This document shows, one piece after another, positions 34,526 to 44,648 of a stretch of DNA of 64,000 nt. Every line of letters begins with the position of its first letter. The first letter of the stretch is position 1. Location of the stretch: the sequence record OP557969.1; one strand, given 5' to 3'. The notes under the pieces were generated by a model that was not told where the DNA came from, did no database searches, and saw only the letters and a program-made list of their open reading frames with translations. This stretch comes from Escherichia phage ph0011. The position numbers were made by a program, and so were the translations under genes.

Positions 34526-35016
34526 AGTTTAGTTTAGATGCAGCCTTTAAATTTGCACATAAGATAGAAACAATATATAGTTTTTTTAGTGAAGTTTATG
34601 AAGTTTGTGCTAAACGATATATCGATACAATAGACATTAGCAATAAGTTCGATGTATGGCACAAAACAATCCAAAGCAAAAAGCAGTGTGCAGCAGTTTT
34701 TAGTGTTTTATCATTTAATCCCAGCAATTGTTACCCAGAGAAGCATGAACGTTATCCCAATGACGACATGTGGTTTGTGTACAAAGAAGATGCTGATATG
34801 TCGTCATTTGAAGTTCCTGATAATTTTGATATCAGTGATTTAACAGAAGAGTGGTGGTTCCAGCAGAATTTAGTACATGATGATATTGATTTATTTTTCT
34901 ATATCGTGTTCAAAATACTTTATCACAACAATATAGTTAAAGATAGTGTATCGTTTTCATGTCTATATATTGATGAGTTGTTCGAAGATATCAAAAATCT
35001 CAAGCCTGTATCGTAA
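34498..35016 (+). CDS. FamC protein
   Basis: TEEWWFQQNLVHDD. Confidence 0.55.
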   Translation: MYSMCISNLEFSLDAAFKFAHKIETIYSFFSEVYEVCAKRYIDTIDISNKFDVWHKTIQSKKQCAAVFSVLSFNPSNCYPEKHERYPNDDMWFVYKEDADMSSFEVPDNFDISDLTEEWWFQQNLVHDDIDLFFYIVFKILYHNNIVKDSVSFSCLYIDELFEDIKNLKPVS

Positions 35017-35070
35017 GATATGGGCTTTTTTGTTTGACTCAAGTACAAATGAATGGTACAATGTGAAATC
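35005..35070 (+). promoter_or_regulatory. internal terminator-like hairpin with U-run followed by sigma70-type promoter
   Basis: GGGCTTTTTTGTTTGACTC then TTGACT, 17-bp spacer, TACAAT. Confidence 0.45.
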
Positions 35071-35087
35071 ATTTTAAGGAGAACCCT

Positions 35088-35636
35088 ATGGAAAATTTTC
35101 AAATACCACAAGATTACGATACAGCGAAAGAGATGGTACACAAGGTTCATTACATTTTTAATGAATTAATTATTGCAAATTCATCCTGTATGCAAATTGA
35201 GTTAAAGGGTATTAATAGTGAAGAAGTTTTTTTGGCTTCTCCAAGTTCAATTATTCCGTTGTATGGTATGGACCGTTTATGGTTCATGAGAGATGCACCA
35301 ATTGACAGGTACAAAATACAAAAAAAATCAGAGAATGATTTTCTTTATGATTATTTTAATATTTCATTACAAGCACACGATATAAGTACAATGAGTGCAG
35401 AGGAATATTTTCAGCACAGTACAGTGTATAGTCCAGAAGAAATCTTTGTTGTTATGCTTGTTGCAAAATTGAGTACTGTTGATTTTGGGACGTACCCAAA
35501 TAAATCATTCAAGATTATTATTCCTGCATTTGTTGATCTTTATGATTTCATTGTGCACAAGAAAGAAAGTACAGTGTACGATATGCAGCGTTCAAATATC
35601 AGTTTAATTGCAGTAAGTGCAGGGGAATTAAAATGA
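35088..35636 (+). CDS. FamC protein
   Basis: SAEEYFQHSTVYSPEE; RBS AAGGAG. Confidence 0.6.
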   Translation: MENFQIPQDYDTAKEMVHKVHYIFNELIIANSSCMQIELKGINSEEVFLASPSSIIPLYGMDRLWFMRDAPIDRYKIQKKSENDFLYDYFNISLQAHDISTMSAEEYFQHSTVYSPEEIFVVMLVAKLSTVDFGTYPNKSFKIIIPAFVDLYDFIVHKKESTVYDMQRSNISLIAVSAGELK

Positions 35637-36241
35637 ACATAGACCAATTAATGAAGTACAGTAAAAGTACAGTTCCAGTACTAAGTAAAGTGTTAGATGC
35701 CTTCACTGCTAAGTACCCTGAAGGTTCAGAGTTAAATATTCCTTTTACTACACCAGGGATTGATGATACTTACATGGTACACATTGGTAGTTCAGGTATT
35801 GTTTTGAAGCAAAAGTACAGTGATAGTGAATATTATGGTTTGAAACTGGATAAAATTTCAGGAGAGAAGACACCTTTTGAGTTTTGGATTCCGAATAGTA
35901 TTGAATCATGGAATACACATATTAATAAGAGAGACGAAGGTAATATTTCTCTTGTAAATTATAAGGAAAAAAGATTTGACGTATTTTATTATTACAGTAC
36001 AGATACGTTTCCAGAAGAGATTTATTTAAATTCAGAGATGTATGAAGATATTGAATCATTTTTCTTTCAGTTATCATTGGTACATGATATCATGCCATTG
36101 CAAGCGTTCAGGGATGAAATAAATTTAGCGAAAGAGATTTCGGATATGTTACCTGAATTTAGTGTTCTTTATGGTAGTAGAGCTTTACCTGAAAATGTGT
36201 ATATAGAATTTATTTCTTGTGTTCAAGGATTGAATATATAA
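35633..36241 (+). CDS. FamC protein
   Basis: DIESFFFQLSLVHD; ATGA overlap. Confidence 0.55.
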   Translation: MNIDQLMKYSKSTVPVLSKVLDAFTAKYPEGSELNIPFTTPGIDDTYMVHIGSSGIVLKQKYSDSEYYGLKLDKISGEKTPFEFWIPNSIESWNTHINKRDEGNISLVNYKEKRFDVFYYYSTDTFPEEIYLNSEMYEDIESFFFQLSLVHDIMPLQAFRDEINLAKEISDMLPEFSVLYGSRALPENVYIEFISCVQGLNI

Positions 36242-36242
36242 T

Positions 36243-36437
36243 ATGAACGAAGATGATATCAAAAAAAGGCATACGAAGTTTGAACTGCTCCCTGACGAAA
36301 TCCACATTGATATAGTTAATTTTAACATCAAAGCGTCCTTGCATCCTATATCACAAGATGATTTTGACAACAGAGTGCTTAACATAGTGGTGATTTTGTG
36401 CTATAATCATTTCAGTGAATATTTTAACAAAAGATGA
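36243..36437 (+). CDS. small hypothetical protein (64 aa)
   Basis: ORF immediately after upstream stop. Confidence 0.4.
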   Translation: MNEDDIKKRHTKFELLPDEIHIDIVNFNIKASLHPISQDDFDNRVLNIVVILCYNHFSEYFNKR

Positions 36438-36444
36438 GGTACAT

Positions 36445-36966
36445 ATGTATCAGCACACGTACAATACATCATATGAGTATGGGTACAGCATTTTGAAGAT
36501 TATCAAAGCGTTAGAGGGTGGATTGCTTAGTCATAAGTACACCAGAGTAGGTGACAATTGGTTCAGAAATGATGATGATGAGTTCAGAAGTCATAAAATC
36601 GTTTACAGTAATAATTACAGTGCTAATTATCTTCAGGATGTGGTTATGTGCTTTGAATACGTGTTACAGTTCAGGGGTTCCATCAGACCAGAGTTAAGAG
36701 AACACATGTACATTCGATACCTACCAATGCTTGAGGATGAGAAATCAATATTCAATTCAGTACACCACAGAGTACGAGATAGAACATTCAGGAATATTTT
36801 GGAAGATGAAGCTGCCTATTTTCAGCGATCATTGATTGATGCTCCTGATGTGTTACAGATGCAGAATTTGTATAATGTATTAGATGCGAACATCGATACT
36901 GATATCTTTTTTTCCTTAAGTGATTATGAAACATGTTTGGAAGATTTAAAGGAAATAGGATTATGA
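36445..36966 (+). CDS. FamC protein
   Basis: DEAAYFQRSLIDAPD; start at MYQHTYN after RBS GAGGT. Confidence 0.5.
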   Translation: MYQHTYNTSYEYGYSILKIIKALEGGLLSHKYTRVGDNWFRNDDDEFRSHKIVYSNNYSANYLQDVVMCFEYVLQFRGSIRPELREHMYIRYLPMLEDEKSIFNSVHHRVRDRTFRNILEDEAAYFQRSLIDAPDVLQMQNLYNVLDANIDTDIFFSLSDYETCLEDLKEIGL

Positions 36967-37307
36967 GTGGATTTACAGTATATATAGTAAACGTCAGTAC
37001 AGATGGTAGTTTAATTGAATTTGATGTAGTTGATGACGATGATAATGCATATGGTATTAAGGTGCAAGACAATGTTGTGCAGTTCAGTACAAGAACAAAT
37101 TACGAAAATCCAGTTCCTGTTCCTAATTTCATAGAAGACGAAGCTGTACGATTCCAATACGAAACTGCCTTTGACAATATAGCGATGCATATTATTATGC
37201 AACACAGTTTAGTTCAATTAGTTCCTTTATTTAGACAAAATGTATATGTACATGAATTGTCGATTAATAACGTTCAAAGTTCCGTTTTGTTCGGCACAAA
37301 TATGTAA
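36963..37307 (+). CDS. FamC-like protein
   Basis: DEAVRFQYETAFD; ATGA overlap. Confidence 0.5.
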   Translation: MSGFTVYIVNVSTDGSLIEFDVVDDDDNAYGIKVQDNVVQFSTRTNYENPVPVPNFIEDEAVRFQYETAFDNIAMHIIMQHSLVQLVPLFRQNVYVHELSINNVQSSVLFGTNM

Positions 37308-37316
37308 GGAAGGATA

Positions 37317-37859
37317 ATGAGTTTATTAGATACCATAGAAAAAGACAGAAGTGCCATTAAGAGATTAAAAAATCTGGTTCTGTGTATTGTGAACAACGTT
37401 GAAAAGTTTGAAGTCCAAGGAAGAATTGGTGATATTTCACATACAGGAATAAAATCCCTGAAGTCAGATTTATTAATTCATAAGGAAGATAAATTATTAT
37501 TTGTATTGAGTTCAGATTTATTGGTTGCAAGTAATGGTTTCAATTCGGTATCAACACAAGATGGTAGTACTGGATTATATCTATCACAGGGTGTACAGAC
37601 GAATGAACATAAGTGTTTTAGTTCAAGAGTACAGAATCCCTTTAAGTTTAATACAGAACAAGCTACAGAGCTTTTTGAGGCTTCAGAAGAGATGTTATTT
37701 CAGTACAAAATGGTCTATACAGATTTTGAAATACGATGCCTATACGCTGTTAAGCATTATGTACAAGAGTTCGAAGATTTAAATTATCTTTTAGTTCGAA
37801 CGAATACGAAGAACATTGACATATTAGAAGATTACATTTCAACAGTTGTTAGTGTGTAA
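37317..37859 (+). CDS. FamC protein
   Basis: SEEMLFQYKMVYTD; RBS TAAGGAAGGA. Confidence 0.6.
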   Translation: MSLLDTIEKDRSAIKRLKNLVLCIVNNVEKFEVQGRIGDISHTGIKSLKSDLLIHKEDKLLFVLSSDLLVASNGFNSVSTQDGSTGLYLSQGVQTNEHKCFSSRVQNPFKFNTEQATELFEASEEMLFQYKMVYTDFEIRCLYAVKHYVQEFEDLNYLLVRTNTKNIDILEDYISTVVSV

Positions 37860-37863
37860 TGGG

Positions 37864-38034
37864 ATGTTGCTTATGAAGGAGTTATTTGATGAACAGTTCA
37901 ATGTATTAATGGATAATATTCTTTTTTATAGCCTTGGTAGTAAACGAGGAAATCGTGCTTACAATATAGATTACATATTAACTGTGTTGAGTTCACAGTA
38001 CACATATGCTGTGCAGAGGACATATTATGAATAG
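37864..38034 (+). CDS. micro-protein (about 56 aa)
   Basis: Start uncertain between several in-frame Met codons. Confidence 0.3.
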   Translation: MLLMKELFDEQFNVLMDNILFYSLGSKRGNRAYNIDYILTVLSSQYTYAVQRTYYE

Positions 38035-38212
38035 TTATAGTGGTGTTGCTAAGGAGAAGTTAAATTGTAGTTTAGATTTTGGCTTAAATGATTTTCTTAC
38101 GTGCACAATGTTCAGGAATGATGATTATGAACAATCCGTAATTTCGTTGTATAGATATTTTGAAATAATTTACACAAGATACCTTAGAAGGTTAGAGGGA
38201 TTGGAATTATGA
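38027..38212 (+). CDS. micro-protein (61 aa)
   Basis: ATGA overlap with upstream stop. Confidence 0.35.
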   Translation: MNSYSGVAKEKLNCSLDFGLNDFLTCTMFRNDDYEQSVISLYRYFEIIYTRYLRRLEGLEL

Positions 38213-38427
38213 TTTATGAACAAAAAGTACCAAGTGGTTATAGTGTTGATGGTTTTGAATTCATGATGGATTTGGTTTTAAAGAATACATTAGTAGTACA
38301 CCGTGCATTACCGGACCATGTAGATAGTGCGGTTCAACGAATAATGAATGTATACGAGATGACGAGTCGAAAGCTTTGTGCAATGAAAAGGATTGAAGAA
38401 ATCAAGCGTTCTAGGATGAATAATTAG
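38209..38427 (+). CDS. small hypothetical protein (72 aa)
   Basis: ATGA overlap; RBS GAGGGA. Confidence 0.45.
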   Translation: MIYEQKVPSGYSVDGFEFMMDLVLKNTLVVHRALPDHVDSAVQRIMNVYEMTSRKLCAMKRIEEIKRSRMNN

Positions 38428-38567
38428 AGACGTTTCGTATGATGTATTCAAACGTACAATAAAACAATACTATATAACTTTTTATAATTGATATTTTTTA
38501 AAAAATACACAATCACAACGTGCTCCTTTTATTGGAATTTACCTTATTAATTATAGTTGAGGGGAAG

Positions 38568-38945
38568 ATGGAAATGAAATATAAAGATTTTCATATAGGG
38601 ACATGGATGTACACTGGTGAGTTTATTACGTGCTGTAATTTATACAAGCGTGATTTAAACTACTCAAGGGAGAAGGTTATAAAGTTCGCAGATTCACAAT
38701 TTTATTTTATGGAGTTAAGTACTGGAATTCGTGTTAAATCAACCGTTATGCTGGATTATACAGTTCTGGATGAGGCACAATTATTTCAGGAGTCATTAGT
38801 ATTTGATAAGAAGTACAACTGTACATTAGAAGAGATAGTTGAAATCCAGCGTAGGATCAAATTTATTCACAAGGATTGTATCGATAAATGGTGTAAAACT
38901 GGTGAAACTAATTTTAGTAATTATTTCAATCTAGGGGAAGAGTGA
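38568..38945 (+). CDS. FamC protein (DKKY subgroup)
   Basis: DEAQLFQESLVFDKKYNCTLEE; start at MEMKYKDF after RBS GAGGGGAAG. Confidence 0.55.
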   Translation: MEMKYKDFHIGTWMYTGEFITCCNLYKRDLNYSREKVIKFADSQFYFMELSTGIRVKSTVMLDYTVLDEAQLFQESLVFDKKYNCTLEEIVEIQRRIKFIHKDCIDKWCKTGETNFSNYFNLGEE

Positions 38946-39301
38946 TGGAATTTGATTTTGTAATATCAGTACATTCTTTCAAGAATAGTTTTCAGTACTT
39001 TTGTAATTTAAACAAAGGTGATTTAATGCACAGTGCAAATGAGTATATTCATTACACTGCTGGTAAATTTACATTTATTGATTACGATTCATTACAGTAT
39101 CCACATCAGGATATGCCGGACTTTACATTAATGGATGAGGCCGAACTATTCCAAGCTGCATTAGTATTCGATAAGAAGTACTTGTGTACACTAGAAGAAG
39201 TAATTGCCATACAAAATGAAATAAAAGAGTATGCTGCTTTGAATAAATCCAATGTAAGTATTAATCAAGAATACAAATTCAATATAGGAATTACAGAATG
39301 A
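38942..39301 (+). CDS. FamC protein (DKKY subgroup)
   Basis: DEAELFQAALVFDKKYLCTLEE; ATGA overlap. Confidence 0.6.
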   Translation: MMEFDFVISVHSFKNSFQYFCNLNKGDLMHSANEYIHYTAGKFTFIDYDSLQYPHQDMPDFTLMDEAELFQAALVFDKKYLCTLEEVIAIQNEIKEYAALNKSNVSINQEYKFNIGITE

Positions 39302-39663
39302 CATTTGATTATTCGATATACGTTTGCAAGTCCAGAACGGGGTGGGATTTGTGCTGTAATCTTGTCAAGGGTGACTCGGAACATGAGTTGAGTTTATATA
39401 TTCAGTACTCGGATTTGTGTTTTAATTTTATTGATGTATTGTATGATGACTTCGACTATAACTCTGAAAGTATTACAGATTATACAGTACTGGATGATGC
39501 TGAACTATTTCAAGCTTCTTTGGTGTTTGACAAGAATAAGTACTCATGTACAATAGAAGATATGATTTTTATACAAAATGAAATGAAGAGATATGTCAAA
39601 GAAAACACCTTTGATACATCTACACCAACAACAAGTAATTATTATTTCAATACAGGTGAGTAA
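39298..39663 (+). CDS. FamC protein (DKKY subgroup)
   Basis: DDAELFQASLVFDKNKYSCTIED; ATGA overlap. Confidence 0.6.
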   Translation: MTFDYSIYVCKSRTGWDLCCNLVKGDSEHELSLYIQYSDLCFNFIDVLYDDFDYNSESITDYTVLDDAELFQASLVFDKNKYSCTIEDMIFIQNEMKRYVKENTFDTSTPTTSNYYFNTGE

Positions 39664-39664
39664 T

Positions 39665-40006
39665 ATGGAATATGATTTTTCTATTTATATGCCTATAATT
39701 AGTTCACAAGATGTGTATTGTAATCTTAATAAAGGTGATTACGAACACAAAATGGATCAGTACATTAAATTTAATGGTGCGTACTTTAGCTTCATTGATT
39801 ATCAGGCCAAAGGATCAGTTGTAGAAAATATGAAAGACTATACAACAGTACATGGTGAGGCTGAAATATTTCAAGAGTCATTAATATTCGACAAGAAGTA
39901 CTTGTGTACTCTAGAGGAAGTAATTGAACTCCAACAGAAGATGAAAGAATATAGAAGAATCTACACAGAGACTGGTTCCAAAGATAGGTATCGTTTTAAG
40001 CTATGA
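39665..40006 (+). CDS. FamC protein (DKKY subgroup)
   Basis: GEAEIFQESLIFDKKYLCTLEE; start at MEYDFSIY after upstream stop. Confidence 0.55.
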   Translation: MEYDFSIYMPIISSQDVYCNLNKGDYEHKMDQYIKFNGAYFSFIDYQAKGSVVENMKDYTTVHGEAEIFQESLIFDKKYLCTLEEVIELQQKMKEYRRIYTETGSKDRYRFKL

Positions 40007-40188
40007 ATAAAAAAGAACAAATGGAATCATTCATGAATACAATACTTCGACGATTCGTAATTGATATTAGACATAACAACATTACCAGGAATGACATGTG
40101 CTTCGGTACATATAATATTAGTGAATTGTATATAGCTAATATTCACATGGTGTACCGAGATTATATCCAGACACTACACGGGAGTTGA
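40003..40188 (+). CDS. micro-protein (61 aa)
   Basis: ATGA overlap. Confidence 0.4.
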   Translation: MNKKEQMESFMNTILRRFVIDIRHNNITRNDMCFGTYNISELYIANIHMVYRDYIQTLHGS

Positions 40189-40189
40189 T

Positions 40190-40660
40190 ATGAGTTTTGA
40201 AAGAGCATTAGAAATTGCTAAGTTAATTGATGTATGTAAAAAAGAAATAGTGCTCAACAGACTCAATGGGTATCTATTCAAGGAAGGTAAATCTTATTGC
40301 CGAATGATATACGATGACAGTAGTGAATATATTCACATGTATGAAGAAAATCTTGATGAATCTGAAACAACACTCACTGGGTGTGATGTTAATCTGGAAG
40401 ATAATTACATGTACTTCTGTCGTGATGCTGATATTTTAATACAAGAAACATCATATCAAACTGGGAATCCAGAGGTATATCTTCCATATTCAGTACTGGA
40501 TAATGACTGGGGAAGTGAAGAGTTCTACTTCCAGCAGAATACTATCTACGATGAAGATGTACTTGACAAGCTTGTCATTCTGTGGTACTTTAAGAACACT
40601 GATACTCCTAACTTCTATATAGATTTGGATCTACTAAGAGTTATTAATGAGGATATATGA
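40190..40660 (+). CDS. FamC protein (WYFK subgroup)
   Basis: SEEFYFQQNTIYDEDVLDKLVILWYFK; N-term MSFERALEIAK. Confidence 0.6.
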   Translation: MSFERALEIAKLIDVCKKEIVLNRLNGYLFKEGKSYCRMIYDDSSEYIHMYEENLDESETTLTGCDVNLEDNYMYFCRDADILIQETSYQTGNPEVYLPYSVLDNDWGSEEFYFQQNTIYDEDVLDKLVILWYFKNTDTPNFYIDLDLLRVINEDI

Positions 40661-41097
40661 GTTTAGTAAGTGCACTTGAACTGGCACACAAAATACACAA
40701 CTTCCATGATAAAATAAAAAGTGGGTTTTATGGTGATAACGTAAGTGAATTTGGTAATGAGTATTATCTATCAAGTTCAAATACATACGCTGATGATATT
40801 TTACTTATGGGTCATGATAAAGACAATACTATACAGTACTCTTCATGTAGTCAATATGCTAGTTTTATGGTATATATTCCAGGAACTAAGATTACTTTTG
40901 ACACATCAAATACACCTGTTGACTTCGGGGTACTTGATGGTCCATGGGGTACTGAAGAGTATTACTTCCAACAGAGTCTTATTTTTAGCCAAGAGATGCT
41001 TGATACCTTGGTTGTGTTGTGGTACTTTAAAGAATTGAATTTTGAACCATTCTTTCTTGACTGGGGAGCATGTGAGTATTTAAGTTCAGGAGAATAA
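40657..41097 (+). CDS. FamC protein (WYFK subgroup)
   Basis: TEEYYFQQSLIFSQEMLDTLVVLWYFK; ATGA overlap. Confidence 0.6.
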   Translation: MSLVSALELAHKIHNFHDKIKSGFYGDNVSEFGNEYYLSSSNTYADDILLMGHDKDNTIQYSSCSQYASFMVYIPGTKITFDTSNTPVDFGVLDGPWGTEEYYFQQSLIFSQEMLDTLVVLWYFKELNFEPFFLDWGACEYLSSGE

Positions 41098-41099
41098 TA

Positions 41100-41567
41100 A
41101 TGTCATTGCGAAGTGCATTGAAAGAAGCAAAGAAGATCCATAATTACATGATTATGGTACAAGAAGGTTCCGTGCCTGGTGTATATAAAACATCTGATAC
41201 TGAATTTTTCGTAAAAGATCGAGATGATTATGATGAGTCAGAGATATGTGCAGAAACGTTAGTACTGCACATTGATACGGATGATACTGATGACTGTGAA
41301 TATCAGATGCACAATCAATACCTTAGTTATTATAGGGATGAAGATATTATAATTTACACTCCTGATTACGATGATGATAACATAATCATTCCGTATTCAG
41401 TTCTGGAAGGTCCATGGGATAGTGAAGAATATTATTTCCAGCAAAGTACTGTGTATAATGAAGATGTTTTAGATGTTATTGTAATTATGTGGTACTTTAA
41501 AAGTATTGATTCTGACAGTTTCTATTTCGATTATGAATACGTAGAGAATACTGTAGGGGGAAGATAA
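41100..41567 (+). CDS. FamC protein (WYFK subgroup)
   Basis: SEEYYFQQSTVYNEDVLDVIVIMWYFK. Confidence 0.6.
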   Translation: MSLRSALKEAKKIHNYMIMVQEGSVPGVYKTSDTEFFVKDRDDYDESEICAETLVLHIDTDDTDDCEYQMHNQYLSYYRDEDIIIYTPDYDDDNIIIPYSVLEGPWDSEEYYFQQSTVYNEDVLDVIVIMWYFKSIDSDSFYFDYEYVENTVGGR

Positions 41568-42010
41568 TGTCATTACAAAGTGCTCTTGAAAAAGCAAAAG
41601 AACTTCATGCATATATTGAAGATATTAAGGCTGGGAAGTTCGAAGAAATATACAAAGCCGAGAATGGTAACTACTACAAGGATAGTGATTTTGCTACAAC
41701 TACAGTTATTCTTGGGTTGAATTCCAAAAGTCCAGTAGACTTTTCTCAATACAATCCAGATGCAGAATTTATTAGTTATGCTTATGGTGGCGAAATCCGT
41801 TTTTATAATCGCAGCAGACCTTTAAAATTGAACTTTGAAGTACTGAAAGGTCCGTGGGATAGTGAAGAGTACTACTTCCAGAATAGAACTTTGTATGATG
41901 ATGAAGTTCTAGATACTTTAGTTATTATGTGGTACTTTAAAAGTATTGATAGTACAAGATTTTATTTGGATTATGAATATGTACGTGAAGTTTATAAGGG
42001 TAAACGATGA
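41567..42010 (+). CDS. FamC protein (WYFK subgroup)
   Basis: SEEYYFQNRTLYDDEVLDTLVIMWYFK. Confidence 0.6.
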   Translation: MSLQSALEKAKELHAYIEDIKAGKFEEIYKAENGNYYKDSDFATTTVILGLNSKSPVDFSQYNPDAEFISYAYGGEIRFYNRSRPLKLNFEVLKGPWDSEEYYFQNRTLYDDEVLDTLVIMWYFKSIDSTRFYLDYEYVREVYKGKR

Positions 42011-42321
42011 AATTCTTATACAATATTCAGTACATTCCGGGTACAATTAGTTTAATGTATTTCTTCGACCATGATAATTTCCAACATCTTGCAGTTAGGA
42101 GATGTAATGAATCTTTAATGATCGAATATCTTCACGATTGTGATTATCTTCCTGACTTACTTGAATGTGATTACAGAGATGAGCATGAATCATTTCTGTT
42201 TCAGGAATCACTTGTATGGGACAAGAGAATAAATTTTTATGTTTTACTTGAGATACAAAAACAAGTAAAGTACTACTGGGATTACTTAATCACCCAAGAC
42301 TATATAGAGATTGAAATATAA
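42007..42321 (+). CDS. FamC protein (short)
   Basis: HESFLFQESLVWDKR; ATGA overlap. Confidence 0.55.
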   Translation: MKFLYNIQYIPGTISLMYFFDHDNFQHLAVRRCNESLMIEYLHDCDYLPDLLECDYRDEHESFLFQESLVWDKRINFYVLLEIQKQVKYYWDYLITQDYIEIEI

Positions 42322-42764
42322 TGTACGAAAGTGATCTTAAGCACGCTGAAGAATTAGTTAATATAGTAAAGTTCTTTCAAAATAATGTAAAGTACTTAGA
42401 CTATAAAGGGGCTTATATTAGTACTATAAGTGTTGGTACAGATATTCTAGGATTAGGCAATGAATATAAGTACGAGTCCCATGATTATGACTTGGAATTC
42501 AAGTACTTCGTATGGGATTCTGGAACTTTCTATTCTATAGATGAAGATGGCAAATATTTTGAATTCACAGAAGAAGAAGTTCTATTCTTAAATTCAGAAG
42601 ATGCTTACTTTCAATATAGTACTATATACCCAAACGCGGCGTTAAGAGCTTTAGTAGTTTTTAATGCATTTCTGAAAGAGAACTTTAACAATTCTATATT
42701 CATTGATTTAGATTATGTATATGAACTAAATCAGGTGATATATATGGAGTCCAGAAAAGAATGA
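42321..42764 (+). CDS. FamC protein
   Basis: SEDAYFQYSTIYPN. Confidence 0.55.
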   Translation: MYESDLKHAEELVNIVKFFQNNVKYLDYKGAYISTISVGTDILGLGNEYKYESHDYDLEFKYFVWDSGTFYSIDEDGKYFEFTEEEVLFLNSEDAYFQYSTIYPNAALRALVVFNAFLKENFNNSIFIDLDYVYELNQVIYMESRKE

Positions 42765-43216
42765 GTTATGAAAGTGCACTAAAAAAGGCTAATGATATTC
42801 TACGCGTTGTTCAGTTCTTAAAGGACTATCCTGTTTATGTAGATGATGAACGCAGAGAAGTTTCTAATGGCACGAAGATTACAATTGATTCTTTATTTGA
42901 CACTAGCAGCAACAACTGTAGTACTATTGAATTAGCATACGATTATATTTCATTGAACAGAAAATATGATGAAGTTACGATAGAGCGTCATGAGGATGAA
43001 GAATCTTTTAAAATTTCTGATATTTTATCCCTGAGTACTGAAGAAGGGTACTTCCAGGGAAGTACTCTTTATAATGAAGAAACACTTGACAATCTATGTA
43101 CATTTAGTGTACTATATCAGAAGTCAGTACTGGATATATTTTATCTAGACACTGAAAAACTTGATAGGTTAGTTGATTTCGTTACTATAGAAGAGGCATC
43201 CTTTGAGAAAAATTAA
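42761..43216 (+). CDS. FamC protein
   Basis: TEEGYFQGSTLYNEE; ATGA overlap. Confidence 0.55.
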   Translation: MSYESALKKANDILRVVQFLKDYPVYVDDERREVSNGTKITIDSLFDTSSNNCSTIELAYDYISLNRKYDEVTIERHEDEESFKISDILSLSTEEGYFQGSTLYNEETLDNLCTFSVLYQKSVLDIFYLDTEKLDRLVDFVTIEEASFEKN

Positions 43217-43739
43217 CATTAATGATTATGATGCATTACAAGATTTATCAAAAAAGATTCGCACTATCGTACCAGTACTGAAGAAATGCAGTACTGGATT
43301 AATCGATCCTAGTACAGTTATTAGTGAGAAGTACAATTTTCATAAACTGTTACAAGGGAATGGTGCATTCCAGAAGTGTGAGATACGTGAGACACACGTA
43401 ATTGATACATCATTGTTTTCTATTGGTGCACCTGTGTCGAATAATACTATTTTCCTAGACAACGCTGGAAATATTCAACAATTAACATTTAAGAAAAGGA
43501 AAAAGAACAATAACATTGGTGTGTATGCGATGAAGTGGGGTCAACCTGATTTGAAGCGTGAAATTCACATCCCTAAGTACAATTACAATGCATTTGACGA
43601 ACAGTGTTTTCAACTATCGTGTACTGACCCTGACTATGCTATCATTCAGTTCTATATGGAATTGCAGATTGCATTTAACAGTAATTTGTATATTAACTTA
43701 TTGGCGATGAACATCGATGAAGTATTCAAAAACATTTAA
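43203..43739 (+). CDS. FamC-like protein (divergent)
   Basis: FDEQCFQLSCTDPD. Confidence 0.45.
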   Translation: MRKININDYDALQDLSKKIRTIVPVLKKCSTGLIDPSTVISEKYNFHKLLQGNGAFQKCEIRETHVIDTSLFSIGAPVSNNTIFLDNAGNIQQLTFKKRKKNNNIGVYAMKWGQPDLKREIHIPKYNYNAFDEQCFQLSCTDPDYAIIQFYMELQIAFNSNLYINLLAMNIDEVFKNI

Positions 43740-43935
43740 TCGAATTGAATACATGAGAACTGTGAGTGCAGTGTGGGACATATGGTTCACTACTAAACCA
43801 AAAATGGATTACCATGACTTTAAGCTATTGTTCTTCGTTGGCTCTAACAAACAGGATGTTGCAATGAAGGGTTATATTCAGCACTTACAGGAACTAATCC
43901 AGAAGAGAATATATGAAAATAATAGACCAAGATGA
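43717..43935 (+). CDS. FamB-like small protein (variant)
   Basis: FFVGSNKQDVAMKGYI; start uncertain. Confidence 0.4.
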   Translation: MKYSKTFNRIEYMRTVSAVWDIWFTTKPKMDYHDFKLLFFVGSNKQDVAMKGYIQHLQELIQKRIYENNRPR

Positions 43936-44104
43936 TATTGCTAAACTATTCAATATATATTCTTCTAAAATGATGCAAATCGACTCATATAGTACTGAAT
44001 TCAAAGAATTAAAAGTACTGATGTATTTGGGTACACAACATCAGGAACAAGTTGTTAAAGAATATATTGATTCATTACAGAAGGATATACGTTATGTACA
44101 ATGA
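43913..44104 (+). CDS. FamB small protein
   Basis: LGTQHQEQVV. Confidence 0.5.
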   Translation: MKIIDQDDIAKLFNIYSSKMMQIDSYSTEFKELKVLMYLGTQHQEQVVKEYIDSLQKDIRYVQ

Positions 44105-44648
44105 GCTTGACTTAGCATTTGAACGTGTAAAAATCTTCATTGAAACTTATCTTATGCACAAAACTATATTGAAAACAAAAGGAATATGGTTCACTGATAA
44201 ATTTCTTACTATGGCTAAGAGAGATGGAATGGAACATCTTTACTGTACAGATAGTGCCAGAATTTCAGTACTGAATTATGATGAAAGTGTATCATCTGGT
44301 ACTAGTTTAATTTCGACATATAATGATAATATTACTAGTATTATGTATACTAAAAATTGTTCAAATGTTTCTGTATATAAAAACTGTGATAGTTCATTAT
44401 CGTACAATATCGATCAGTACTTTTATCCTAATACAGAAGAAAACATCTTTCAAAATAGTCTTATATTGGATGATACATCTAATAAATGTATATATCTTTA
44501 TAATAAATTAAAAGAGTACATTGATAACAGTTCAATTAGAACTAATACATTCAGTGTTTCTGTTTTAAATTATAATAAGGAAGATGTGTTTTATTATACA
44601 GAAATTGAAAGAATACATACAATGTATAAGGAACTACTATGTTATTAA
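44094..44648 (+). CDS. FamC-like protein
   Basis: TEENIFQNSLILDD; start at MYNELDLAF. Confidence 0.45.
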   Translation: MYNELDLAFERVKIFIETYLMHKTILKTKGIWFTDKFLTMAKRDGMEHLYCTDSARISVLNYDESVSSGTSLISTYNDNITSIMYTKNCSNVSVYKNCDSSLSYNIDQYFYPNTEENIFQNSLILDDTSNKCIYLYNKLKEYIDNSSIRTNTFSVSVLNYNKEDVFYYTEIERIHTMYKELLCY

